Source: Candidatus Nanopelagicales bacterium
Lineage (GTDB): Bacteria; Actinomycetota; Actinomycetes; S36-B12
Reading direction: 5' to 3'
NCBI GenBank assembly: GCA_044240165.1
Contig: JBIIAA010000009.1
Span: 222 to 24,221 of the forward strand
DNA: 24,000 nucleotides
The notes under the pieces are model-generated. The model did not search any database. It had not been told where the DNA came from and worked only from the letters and a program-made list of their open reading frames with translations. Positions 16,890 through 24,000 of the stretch are shown here, one piece after another; positions within the stretch are counted from its first letter, which is position 1, and each line of letters opens with the position of its first letter. Position numbers and translations under genes: made by a program.

Positions 16890-17408
16890 TTAGTCGCGAG
16901 TAATCGTGACGGAATTGATCGTGATTGGTTCTGCTGGGCGATCGCCAGGACCAACCTTGGTGGTGCCAATTGCGTCGACAACATCGCGGGATTCTTGGTC
17001 CGCAACTTCACCGAAGATGGTGTGCTTGAAGTTCAACCATGTGGTTGCTGCTGTGGTGACGAAGAACTGTGAGCCATTGGTGCTTGGGCCTGAGTTCGCC
17101 ATCGCTAGCAAGTAAGGACGATCGAAGCTGAGTTCTGGGTGAAACTCGTCAGCGAACTTGAAGCCTGGGCCACCGGTGCCGGTGCCTAGTGGGTCTCCGC
17201 CTTGAATCATGAAACCGTCAATAACGCGGTGGAACACGGTTCCTGCGTAGAGGGATTCCGAAGACTTCTCGCGGGTCTTTGGGTCAGTCCATTCGATTGT
17301 GCCCTCAGCAAGTCCGGCGAAATTCGCAACGGTCTTTGGAGCCTGATCTGGGAATAGGTTGATCTTGATGTCACCTTTTGAGGTGTGCAACGTGGCAGTC
17401 ATAGTCAT
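16890..17408 (-). CDS. ppiA: Cyclophilin-type peptidyl-prolyl cis-trans isomerase
   Basis: ATLHTSKGDIKINLFPDQAPKTVANF, FHRVIDGFMIQGGDPLGTGTGGPG, LAMANSGPSTNGSQFFV. Confidence 0.96.
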   Translation of the reverse strand: MTMTATLHTSKGDIKINLFPDQAPKTVANFAGLAEGTIEWTDPKTREKSSESLYAGTVFHRVIDGFMIQGGDPLGTGTGGPGFKFADEFHPELSFDRPYLLAMANSGPSTNGSQFFVTTAATTWLNFKHTIFGEVADQESRDVVDAIGTTKVGPGDRPAEPITINSVTITRD

Positions 17409-17464
17409 AGCCGCATCCTTTCATGAAGTCGCTGTGCCCTTACTACCGTGGGTCAGCCGACATA

Positions 17465-17489
17465 CAAAAGACCCCGGCTTTCGCCGGGG
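17465..17489 (-). terminator. Intrinsic terminator after tRNA-Ala
   Basis: Minus strand CCCCGGC-GAAA-GCCGGGG-TC-TTTTG: 7-bp GC stem, GAAA loop, T-run. Confidence 0.8.
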
Positions 17490-17497
17490 CCATCTTG

Positions 17498-17570
17498 TGG
17501 AGGTTAGGAGACTCGAACTCCTGACTTCTGCCTTGCAAAGGCAGCGCTCTACCAACTGAGCTAAACCCCC
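17498..17570 (-). tRNA. tRNA-Ala(TGC)
   Basis: Reverse strand GGGGGTTTAGCTCAGTTGGTAGAGCGCTGCCTTTGCAAGGCAGAAGTCAGGAGTTCGAGTCTCCTAACCTCCA; cloverleaf complete, anticodon TGC, CCA not encoded. Confidence 0.97.
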
Positions 17571-17587
17571 CTGGTGACTACGAGAAC

Positions 17588-17713
17588 CTATCGTAGATCA
17601 GGTGCTTGTGTCGGCTCCGACCAGAGGTCGGAATCGTCTTGATTTGCTACGTATTGCTTATAGGCGTAGTAACCCGCACCTGCAAGCACAGCGAACATCA
17701 ATAGTTTCTTCAC
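17588..17713 (-). CDS. DLW-39 family-like microprotein, 41 aa (MKKLLMFAVLAGAGYYAYKQYVANQDDSDLWSEPTQAPDLR)
   Basis: GTG start at 17713, stop TAG at 17588. N-terminal hydrophobic helix with YYAYKQY and the DSDLWSE motif, located between tRNA-Ile and tRNA-Ala downstream of gyrA, where this family is typically found. Below the length cutoff of the ORF track. Confidence 0.88.
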   Translation of the reverse strand: MKKLLMFAVLAGAGYYAYKQYVANQDDSDLWSEPTQAPDLR

Positions 17714-17714
17714 G

Positions 17715-17789
17715 TGGGCCTAGATGGACTTGAACCATCGACCTCTTCCTTATCAGGGAAGCGCTCTAACCAAGCTGAGCTATAGGCCC
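17715..17789 (-). tRNA. tRNA-Ile(GAT)
   Basis: Reverse strand GGGCCTATAGCTCAGCTTGGTTAGAGCGCTTCCCTGATAAGGAAGAGGTCGATGGTTCAAGTCCATCTAGGCCCA; acceptor GGGCCTA/TAGGCCC, anticodon GAT. Confidence 0.97.
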
Positions 17790-17864
17790 GTTTCACGTCC
17801 ATCCACAGAATTACCTGCGTAGAGGCGCGAGGGGAAACACTACCGGACATTGGCTCTCCTGTTT

Positions 17865-17889
17865 CCCCCGGGCTTTCTTGGCCCGGGGG
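17865..17889. terminator. GC-rich hairpin downstream of gyrA, likely L-shaped terminator without a U-tract
   Basis: CCCCCGGGC-tttcttg-GCCCGGGGG: perfect 9-bp stem, 7-nt loop, 65 bp past the gyrA stop and before tRNA-Ile. Confidence 0.6.
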
Positions 17890-17917
17890 GATCAAGACGT
17901 TCGACCTATCGCGCTCG

Positions 17918-17960
17918 CTATTCGGCGAACTATTCGGCGAACTATTCGCCAAGCTATTCG
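17918..17960. repeat. 12-bp tandem repeat (ctattcggcgaa) x ~3.6 spanning the gyrA stop codon
   Basis: ctattcggcgaa / ctattcggcgaa / ctattcgccaag / ctattcg read directly; a degenerate copy ctatcgcgctcg precedes it (17906-17917). Confidence 0.85.
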
Positions 17961-20530
17961 ACAGGCGTGTCCGGGGTTTGGGCCTCGACTTCGGTGGCTA
18001 CAACAGTGCCAGCCTCAAGATCGACGCTTTCGGCGATCTCAGTCTCATCGAGGTCGTCCTCGTCTTCAGATTCGCCACCTCGAGCAACCGCCACAATCGC
18101 ATCGCCGTCGGCCAGGTTCATCAGACGCACACCCATGGTGTCTCGACCCGAAGGACGAATCTGATCAACCTTGGTGCGAATCACGATGCCGTTTGAAGCG
18201 ATCGCGAAGATCTGATCACCCTCATCACAGACCATTGCGCCCACCATCGAGCCACGTTCTTCCACGAGCTTCATGGCGCGCACGCCCAAGATGCCACGGC
18301 CCTTGGCTGCCCACTCATCGACATTGGTGCGCTTGGCAAAGCCACCGTCAGTGATGGTGACCACGAAGGCACCCTCGCGAATGACATCCATTGCCAGCAG
18401 TGCATCGTCGCCACGGAAACGCATGCCGATAACGCCACCAGTTGCCCGGCCCATTGGACGCAAGGTTTCATCCTTGGCATCAAAACGAGCCGACATGCCC
18501 TTGCGGGAAAACATGATCAGGTGATCGTTTTCTGACACCAAGCGTGCCGAGATCACTTCATCTTCTGGTGCCAAGTTGATCGCGATGATGCCACCGGTGC
18601 GATTGGTGTCGTACTCGCTGAGTTTGGTCTTCTTAACCATGCCTCTGCGAGTCGCCAACACCAAGTGCTCGCCTGCTTCATAGTTTTCGATGGCCAAAAC
18701 CTGAGCAATGGTTTCGTCAGGTTGGAAGGCCAGCAGGTTTGCTACGTGTTGTCCGCGAGCATCGCGACCAGTTTCAGGCAGTTGATAACCCTTGGCACGG
18801 TAGACGCGACCCTTATTCGTGAAGAACAGCAACCAGTGGTGGGTTGTGGTGACGAACATGTGCTCGACAACATCATCGGTGCGAAGTGCTGCACCCTTGA
18901 CACCCTTGCCGCCACGACGCTGCGCACGGTAGAGCTCGCTCTTAGTGCGCTTTGCATAACCACCAGAGGTGATGGTGATGACCACATCGTCAACGGCAAT
19001 GAGATCTTCGTCTGCCACGTCGCCATCAAAGGCCGTGAACTGCGAGCGGCGATCGTCACCAAATTTCTCGGTGACTTCATGAAGCTCTTCGGAAATGATT
19101 GCGCGCTGGCGTTCTGGTGAGTTCAAAATGTCGGTGTAATCCGCAATCTTGGTCATCAGGTCGTCGTACTCGTCTTGAATCTTTTGGTGTTCAAGTGCAG
19201 CAAGACGACGCAACTGCATATCAAGAATTGCAGTCGCCTGCAGTTCATCAATATCCAGCAGTTCCATCAAGCCGGTGCGAGCAGTTTCAACTGTTGACGA
19301 GGCACGAATCAGTGCGATGACTTCATCGAGTGCATCAAGTGCCTTGAGGTAACCACGCAAAATATGTGCGCGCTCTTCAGCTTTACGCAGGCGATAGCGG
19401 GTACGGCGCTGAATTACTTCAACCTGATGGTTAACCCAGTGACGAATGAACTGCTCAAGAGTCAACGTACGCGGCATACCGTCTACAAGTGCCAGCATGT
19501 TTGCGCCGAAGTTGTCTTGCAGTTGAGTGTGCTTATAGAGCTGGTTCAACACCACCTGAGCAACAGCGTCGCGCTTGAGTTCAATCACCAACCGCATACC
19601 GGTACGTGAAGAGGAGTCGTCGCGAATATCCGAGATACCCGTGAGTTTGCCTTCACCAACCTGCTCAGCAATACGCAGCAGCAAATTGTCGGGGTTCACT
19701 TGGTATGGGAGTTCGGTAACGATCAATACCTGGCGACCACGAGCGTCTTCTTCAACGGTGACTACCGCGCGCATCGTGATGGAGCCACGACCAGTGCGAT
19801 AGGCATCATCAATACCGCGACGACCAACGATGAGAGCACCCGTAGGGAAATCTGGGCCCTTCACAATTTCAATCAACGCAGCTTGGCGCTCTTCAACGGA
19901 AGCCTCTGGATTAGCAAGAACCCATTGAGCCGCCGCCCCGATTTCACGCAAGTTATGCGGCGGAATGTTTGTTGCCATACCCACAGCGATGCCCGAGCTA
20001 CCGTTAACCAGCAGGTTTGGGAACCGAGCAGGAAGCACGAGTGGTTCTTGGGTGCGACCGTCGTAGTTTGGTCCAAAGTCGACCGTATCTTCGTCGATGT
20101 CGCGCACCATCTCCATAGCCAATGGGGCCATGCGACATTCGGTATAACGCTGGGCAGCCGGAGGATCGTTACCTGGTGAGCCGAAGTTTCCTTGGCCTTG
20201 CACCAGTGGGTAACGCAGTGACCATGGTTGGGCCAACCGCACAAGAGCGTCATAGATCGACGCATCACCATGTGGGTGATAGCTACCCATCACGTCACCA
20301 ACAACACGAGCGCTCTTGGAGAAGTTGCGATCAGGTCGGTAACCGCCGTCGTACATCGCAAACAGCACGCGTCGGTGCACAGGCTTTAAACCATCGCGCA
20401 CATCAGGGAGAGCTCGTGACACGATGACGGACATTGAGTAGTCCAAGTAGGACCGCTGCATTTCCGTTTGTAAATCAACGGGTTCGATTCGGCCGTGATG
20501 GTTAATCAGGCTTGTTTCTTCAGACACCAT
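17954..20530 (-). CDS. gyrA: DNA gyrase subunit A
   Basis: 858 aa: [43 protein letters not shown], catalytic Tyr [10 protein letters not shown], GyrA box QRRGGKG. Confidence 0.99.
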   Translation of the reverse strand: MVSEETSLINHHGRIEPVDLQTEMQRSYLDYSMSVIVSRALPDVRDGLKPVHRRVLFAMYDGGYRPDRNFSKSARVVGDVMGSYHPHGDASIYDALVRLAQPWSLRYPLVQGQGNFGSPGNDPPAAQRYTECRMAPLAMEMVRDIDEDTVDFGPNYDGRTQEPLVLPARFPNLLVNGSSGIAVGMATNIPPHNLREIGAAAQWVLANPEASVEERQAALIEIVKGPDFPTGALIVGRRGIDDAYRTGRGSITMRAVVTVEEDARGRQVLIVTELPYQVNPDNLLLRIAEQVGEGKLTGISDIRDDSSSRTGMRLVIELKRDAVAQVVLNQLYKHTQLQDNFGANMLALVDGMPRTLTLEQFIRHWVNHQVEVIQRRTRYRLRKAEERAHILRGYLKALDALDEVIALIRASSTVETARTGLMELLDIDELQATAILDMQLRRLAALEHQKIQDEYDDLMTKIADYTDILNSPERQRAIISEELHEVTEKFGDDRRSQFTAFDGDVADEDLIAVDDVVITITSGGYAKRTKSELYRAQRRGGKGVKGAALRTDDVVEHMFVTTTHHWLLFFTNKGRVYRAKGYQLPETGRDARGQHVANLLAFQPDETIAQVLAIENYEAGEHLVLATRRGMVKKTKLSEYDTNRTGGIIAINLAPEDEVISARLVSENDHLIMFSRKGMSARFDAKDETLRPMGRATGGVIGMRFRGDDALLAMDVIREGAFVVTITDGGFAKRTNVDEWAAKGRGILGVRAMKLVEERGSMVGAMVCDEGDQIFAIASNGIVIRTKVDQIRPSGRDTMGVRLMNLADGDAIVAVARGGESEDEDDLDETEIAESVDLEAGTVVATEVEAQTPDTPVE

Positions 20531-20542
20531 GAACTCCTGAAA

Positions 20543-22549
20543 CTAGATGTCGAGGAAACGCACGTCGCGTGCGTTCTGCTGGATGAAATTACGGCGAGCT
20601 TCTACGTCTTCGCCCATGAGCACACTGAACATCTCATCGGCTTGCGCGGCATCATCAAGAGTGACTTGTAACAACACGCGATGTTCTGGATCCATGGTGG
20701 TATCCCAGAGTTCGTCGGCGTTCATTTCACCAAGACCTTTGTAACGCTGAATTGCTTCGTCTTTAGGTAGGCGCTTGCCGGCGGCAAGACCTGCTTCAAC
20801 AACAGCATCGCGTTCACGATCCGAGTAAGCCCAGTCTGAGTCGTCGCGTGACCACTTAATTTTGTAGAGCGGTGGTTGCGCGATGTAGACGTAACCTTGT
20901 TCAACGAGTGGCCGCATGAAGCGGAACAACAACGTCAACAACAAGGTGCGGATGTGTTGACCATCAACGTCAGCATCGGCCATCAACACCACCTTGTGGT
21001 AGCGAAGACGGTTGATGTCGAACTCTTCTTGAATGCCTGTTCCGAATGCTGAAACGAGTGCCTGCACTTCAGTGTTTTGCAACACCTTGTCGATGCGTGC
21101 TTTTTCAACGTTCAAGATTTTTCCACGAATAGGAAGAATTGCTTGGCGCTTTGGATCGCGACCCTGACGCGCAGAACCACCTGCGGAGTCGCCTTCCACG
21201 ATGAAGACTTCACACTCTTCGGGTTCACGGCTTGAGCAGTCGATGAGCTTGCCCGGCATACCCGCGCCGCCAAGGAGCCCCTTGCGGTTTCGGGCAAGAT
21301 CGCGCGCCTTGCGAGCAGCGATGCGCGCAGCTGATGCGTTCACACTCTTGCGAGCAATGTCTTTTCCTTCAGCCGGATTCTTTTCTAGCCATTCACCCAA
21401 CTGATCGTTCACTGCCTTTTGGACGAAGGCTTTCATCTCGGTGTTACCGAGCTTAGTTTTTGTCTGACCTTCGAACTGCGGCTCAGTCAACTTCACACTG
21501 ATGATTGCGGTGAGACCTTCACGAATATCTTCGCCACTGAGATTCGCATCTCTTTCTTTCAAGATGTTCCACTCGCGAGCAAACTTATTCACCAACGATG
21601 TCAATGCGGTACGGAAGCCTTCTTCGTGCGTGCCACCTTCATGCGTGTTGATGGTGTTTGCAAAGGTGTACACAGATTCGGCGTATGAGTTGTTCCACTG
21701 CATTGCAATTTCAGCACTCATTTGCTTGTCTTCTGCTTCAGTTTCGAAGTAGATGATGTGTTGGTGAGAAGCACCCTTGCTAGCGTTGATGTGCTCAACA
21801 AAGTCAGCGATGCCACCTTGGTAGCAGTAACTCACGCTACGGATGCGATCTGCTTCGTCTACAACATCGACGACTTCAAGTGCCGCGCTACCTTCTGCGT
21901 CAGTGTCTGTCGTCTCTTTCTTTTCAACGACGAGGCGCTCATCGGTGAGTTCAATGGTCAAACCTCTGTTGAGGAAGGCCATTTCCTGGAAACGTCGAGC
22001 CAAGGTGGTGAAGTCAAAGACGGTGGTTTCAAAAATTTCATCATCAGCCCAGAAGGTGACAGTGGTGCCGGTGTGATCAGCGGCTTCATCTTTGGAAAGT
22101 TCAGCTTGCGGGACACCGTGCATGTAGGTCTGGCGGTACACCGATTCATTGCGGCGTACCTCAACGTCAAGTTGCTTGGAAAGTGCGTTAACTACCGAGA
22201 CACCCACGCCATGGAGGCCGCCGGAGACCGAATAGCCGCCGCCGCCGAATTTACCGCCAGCGTGCAACACCGTGAGCACAACTTCTACTGCGGGTTTGCC
22301 TTCGCTCTCCACGATGTCGACCGGGATACCGCGGCCATCATCGACCACCCGGACTCCGCCATTGGCGAGCAAGGTGACCGCGATGGTGGTGGCGTAGCCG
22401 GCCATGGCTTCATCCACCGAGTTATCGACGACTTCGTAAACCAAGTGGTGCAAGCCACGCTCACCGGTGGAACCGATATACATTCCCGGGCGCTTGCGGA
22501 CCGCGTCTAGGCCTTCGAGTACTTGAATGGCACTGGCGTCATATGACAC
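20543..22549 (-). CDS. gyrB: DNA gyrase subunit B
   Basis: 668 aa: [70 protein letters not shown]-type, [30 protein letters not shown] start with GAGGAGG RBS. Confidence 0.99.
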   Translation of the reverse strand: MSYDASAIQVLEGLDAVRKRPGMYIGSTGERGLHHLVYEVVDNSVDEAMAGYATTIAVTLLANGGVRVVDDGRGIPVDIVESEGKPAVEVVLTVLHAGGKFGGGGYSVSGGLHGVGVSVVNALSKQLDVEVRRNESVYRQTYMHGVPQAELSKDEAADHTGTTVTFWADDEIFETTVFDFTTLARRFQEMAFLNRGLTIELTDERLVVEKKETTDTDAEGSAALEVVDVVDEADRIRSVSYCYQGGIADFVEHINASKGASHQHIIYFETEAEDKQMSAEIAMQWNNSYAESVYTFANTINTHEGGTHEEGFRTALTSLVNKFAREWNILKERDANLSGEDIREGLTAIISVKLTEPQFEGQTKTKLGNTEMKAFVQKAVNDQLGEWLEKNPAEGKDIARKSVNASAARIAARKARDLARNRKGLLGGAGMPGKLIDCSSREPEECEVFIVEGDSAGGSARQGRDPKRQAILPIRGKILNVEKARIDKVLQNTEVQALVSAFGTGIQEEFDINRLRYHKVVLMADADVDGQHIRTLLLTLLFRFMRPLVEQGYVYIAQPPLYKIKWSRDDSDWAYSDRERDAVVEAGLAAGKRLPKDEAIQRYKGLGEMNADELWDTTMDPEHRVLLQVTLDDAAQADEMFSVLMGEDVEARRNFIQQNARDVRFLDI

Positions 22550-22728
22550 GTGAAACCGGCCTCCTCAGGCAAGAACTACTTAGAGGCTCAGTCTATCTCT
22601 TTTTTGCTGGTTCCATCGGATCTTGCGGCCCGTGGCGGCCCCTAGAACGGATTTGACCCCCCAGTTTGAGCCCCGTGTATGACTAGATCCTCATATTCGC
22701 CTCACGGTGGCTGCTTGGCCGTCAGAGG

Positions 22729-23196
22729 TCACCCGTAGGTGTCGCGTGGACCCCTACCTTTGACGTGCCGGGGTCCTGACTTCCACGACGGGCCCTGTGG
22801 GCCTTGAATGCGGATGTCACTCACCACTCCGGTACCCACGGCCGCATCGATGTTTTTACGCAACTGGGGCAGCATGAGGCGTACTTGGGTTGCCCAGGTG
22901 GTGGATTCAGCTCGCAACATCAAAATTCCGGCCTCGAAGGTCTCTGGAACCACGTGGCTGGCCAGATCTTCGCCCACGATTTGAGTCCATTGGGTCAAGA
23001 CCTGAGCGCCGGCGCTTTCCTGCTTCCACCCACGGTGGGCGATCAGCTCGTCCATCGCATTGCCCAAGGTTTGTGGATCCCGGCTATCAGAGCTGGACAT
23101 CGGGCGTTTGCTCGTTTGGCTCTTCTTTCGAGTTTTTCCCCCACCAACGGCGCGGTTCAGTGCCTTAGCGGCAGCATCCCCTCGATCAGTGGTCAT
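22729..23196 (-). CDS. DUF721 family protein (DciA-like, probable replicative helicase operator/loader)
   Basis: 155 aa: ELIAHRGWKQESAGAQVLTQWTQIVGEDLASHVVPETFEAGILMLRAESTTWATQVRLMLPQL; lies between recF and gyrB as in other Actinobacteria. Confidence 0.9.
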   Translation of the reverse strand: MTTDRGDAAAKALNRAVGGGKTRKKSQTSKRPMSSSDSRDPQTLGNAMDELIAHRGWKQESAGAQVLTQWTQIVGEDLASHVVPETFEAGILMLRAESTTWATQVRLMLPQLRKNIDAAVGTGVVSDIRIQGPQGPSWKSGPRHVKGRGPRDTYG

Positions 23197-24000
23197 GGCT
23201 TACTTTCCCAGCATCCACCCGAAAACGCGACCCTAATAACTCAGTTGGGATATCGGCGTCCACTGCCGCTGTGATCAGCACCTGGGTGGCTTCGGTGAGA
23301 CGCGCTGCGAGTCGCTCACGTCGTTTGGTGTCCAGTTCGGCAAACACGTCGTCAAGGATGAGGACCGGGTCTTCGCCATCTGAGCGCAAGACATCAAAGC
23401 TTGCGAGTTTTAGCGCTAGAGCGATCGACCAGGACTCCCCATGTGAGGCATAGCCCTTCGCCGGCACTGGTCCAAGGCTTATCTGGAGGTCATCCCGTTG
23501 TGGTCCAACCAGGGTGAGCCCGCGATCCACTTCATCTTTGCGACGTAATTTCATTGCAGCAAGGAGCGCCACTTTCCAATCTTCTTTGTCTGGTGACCCA
23601 ATAGGCACATCGTCGCCGAGGACTTGACTCATATTGGAGACGTAAGTCAACGCAAGTTCCGAAGTGGGATCTTCACTGATGAATGTGTAGTTGGCGATCG
23701 CAGGCGGAGCTAGCTCAGTTAACAACACTTGACGAGCTGCCAAAAGTTCTGCGCCAACTGTTGCGAGCTGGTCGTTCCACACACTCAAGGTGCTATCTAA
23801 ATAGTCATCACTTGCTCTGCGATTGGTGCGAGCAGATTTTAGAAGCGCGTTTCTTTGTTTAAGAATTCGATCCAGATCCTGTCTGGTACCCGCGAGCCGC
23901 GGGATTCTTTGGACGAGTAGATCATCAAGAAACTTTCGGCGATCCGATGGATCACCTTTCACTAGCGAAAGATCTTCGGGGGCAAAAATTACAACTCTTA
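23186..24000 (-). CDS. recF: DNA replication/repair protein RecF (partial; N-terminus beyond the right edge)
   Basis: Frame is open to the window edge (RVVIFAPEDLSLVKGDPSDRRKFLDDLL). Walker B-like DDVFAELDTKRRERLAARL. The ORF-track start at 23962 is internal. Confidence 0.97.
   Translation of the reverse strand, partial: RVVIFAPEDLSLVKGDPSDRRKFLDDLLVQRIPRLAGTRQDLDRILKQRNALLKSARTNRRASDDYLDSTLSVWNDQLATVGAELLAARQVLLTELAPPAIANYTFISEDPTSELALTYVSNMSQVLGDDVPIGSPDKEDWKVALLAAMKLRRKDEVDRGLTLVGPQRDDLQISLGPVPAKGYASHGESWSIALALKLASFDVLRSDGEDPVLILDDVFAELDTKRRERLAARLTEATQVLITAAVDADIPTELLGSRFRVDAGKVSHDH

Noticed and set aside
17809-17817. CCATCCACA near tRNA-Ile as a fourth intergenic DnaA box
   Set aside because: Two mismatches to TTATCCACA; too weak to count.
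17710-17952. 80-aa minus ORF MANSSPNSSPNSERD...SSAWLERFPDKEEVDGSSPSRPT
   Set aside because: Its 3' half is the tRNA-Ile gene read as protein and its 5' half is the 12-bp repeat plus terminator hairpin.
18273-20427. Several 60-159 aa ORFs antisense to gyrA
   Set aside because: All are in strongly coding DNA on the opposite strand, with no domains, RBS or operon context.
21722-22510. 262-aa plus-strand ORF opposite gyrB
   Set aside because: Fully antisense to highly conserved gyrB; Cys/Phe/Val-rich translation with no recognisable domain, a typical shadow ORF.
1-24000. Search for CRISPR arrays, IS elements, prophage genes, toxin-antitoxin pairs or a new defence cluster
   Set aside because: No direct-repeat/spacer pattern, transposase, integrase or toxin-like small gene pair was seen; the gene content is dominated by conserved housekeeping genes.

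Overview
This window is mostly a conserved actinobacterial chromosome segment close to the replication origin. It looks like M. tuberculosis Rv0003-Rv0020 in inverted orientation. The minus strand carries recF (partial), a DUF721/DciA-like gene, gyrB, gyrA, tRNA-Ile(GAT), a 41-aa DLW-39-type microprotein absent from the ORF track, tRNA-Ala(TGC), a peptidyl-prolyl isomerase and a rhomboid protease. Next to these are crgA (+) and trpG/pabA (-), followed by a plus-strand cell-division/phospho-signalling operon fhaA-fhaB-pstP-rodA/ftsW-pbpA-pknB. The left ~7 kb is less conserved: a geranylgeranyl-reductase-like flavoprotein (partial), a Cys-rich 39-aa protein, a peroxiredoxin, a secreted HNH/DUF1524 nuclease-like protein, a phosphopantetheinyl transferase, an SDR oxidoreductase, a small secreted protein, an S51-like protein with a CysS-like C-terminal tail, a Tat-exported sulfatase and tRNA-Leu(CAG). 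I see no CRISPR array, prophage, transposon or obvious defence system, and no convincing new multigene system. The observations most worth a second look are: (1) a perfect inverted repeat GCATACCC-N4-GGGTATGC between the Cys-rich microprotein and the peroxiredoxin, resembling CsoR-family operators; (2) a cluster of DnaA-box-like sequences between convergent crgA and the rhomboid gene, plus a further perfect box upstream of fhaA; (3) a microprotein start codon almost abutting the tRNA-Ile 3' end; (4) a 12-bp tandem repeat across the gyrA stop codon giving five in-frame TAG codons; (5) the S51/CysS-C fusion. All family assignments come from motif recognition; no database search was run.
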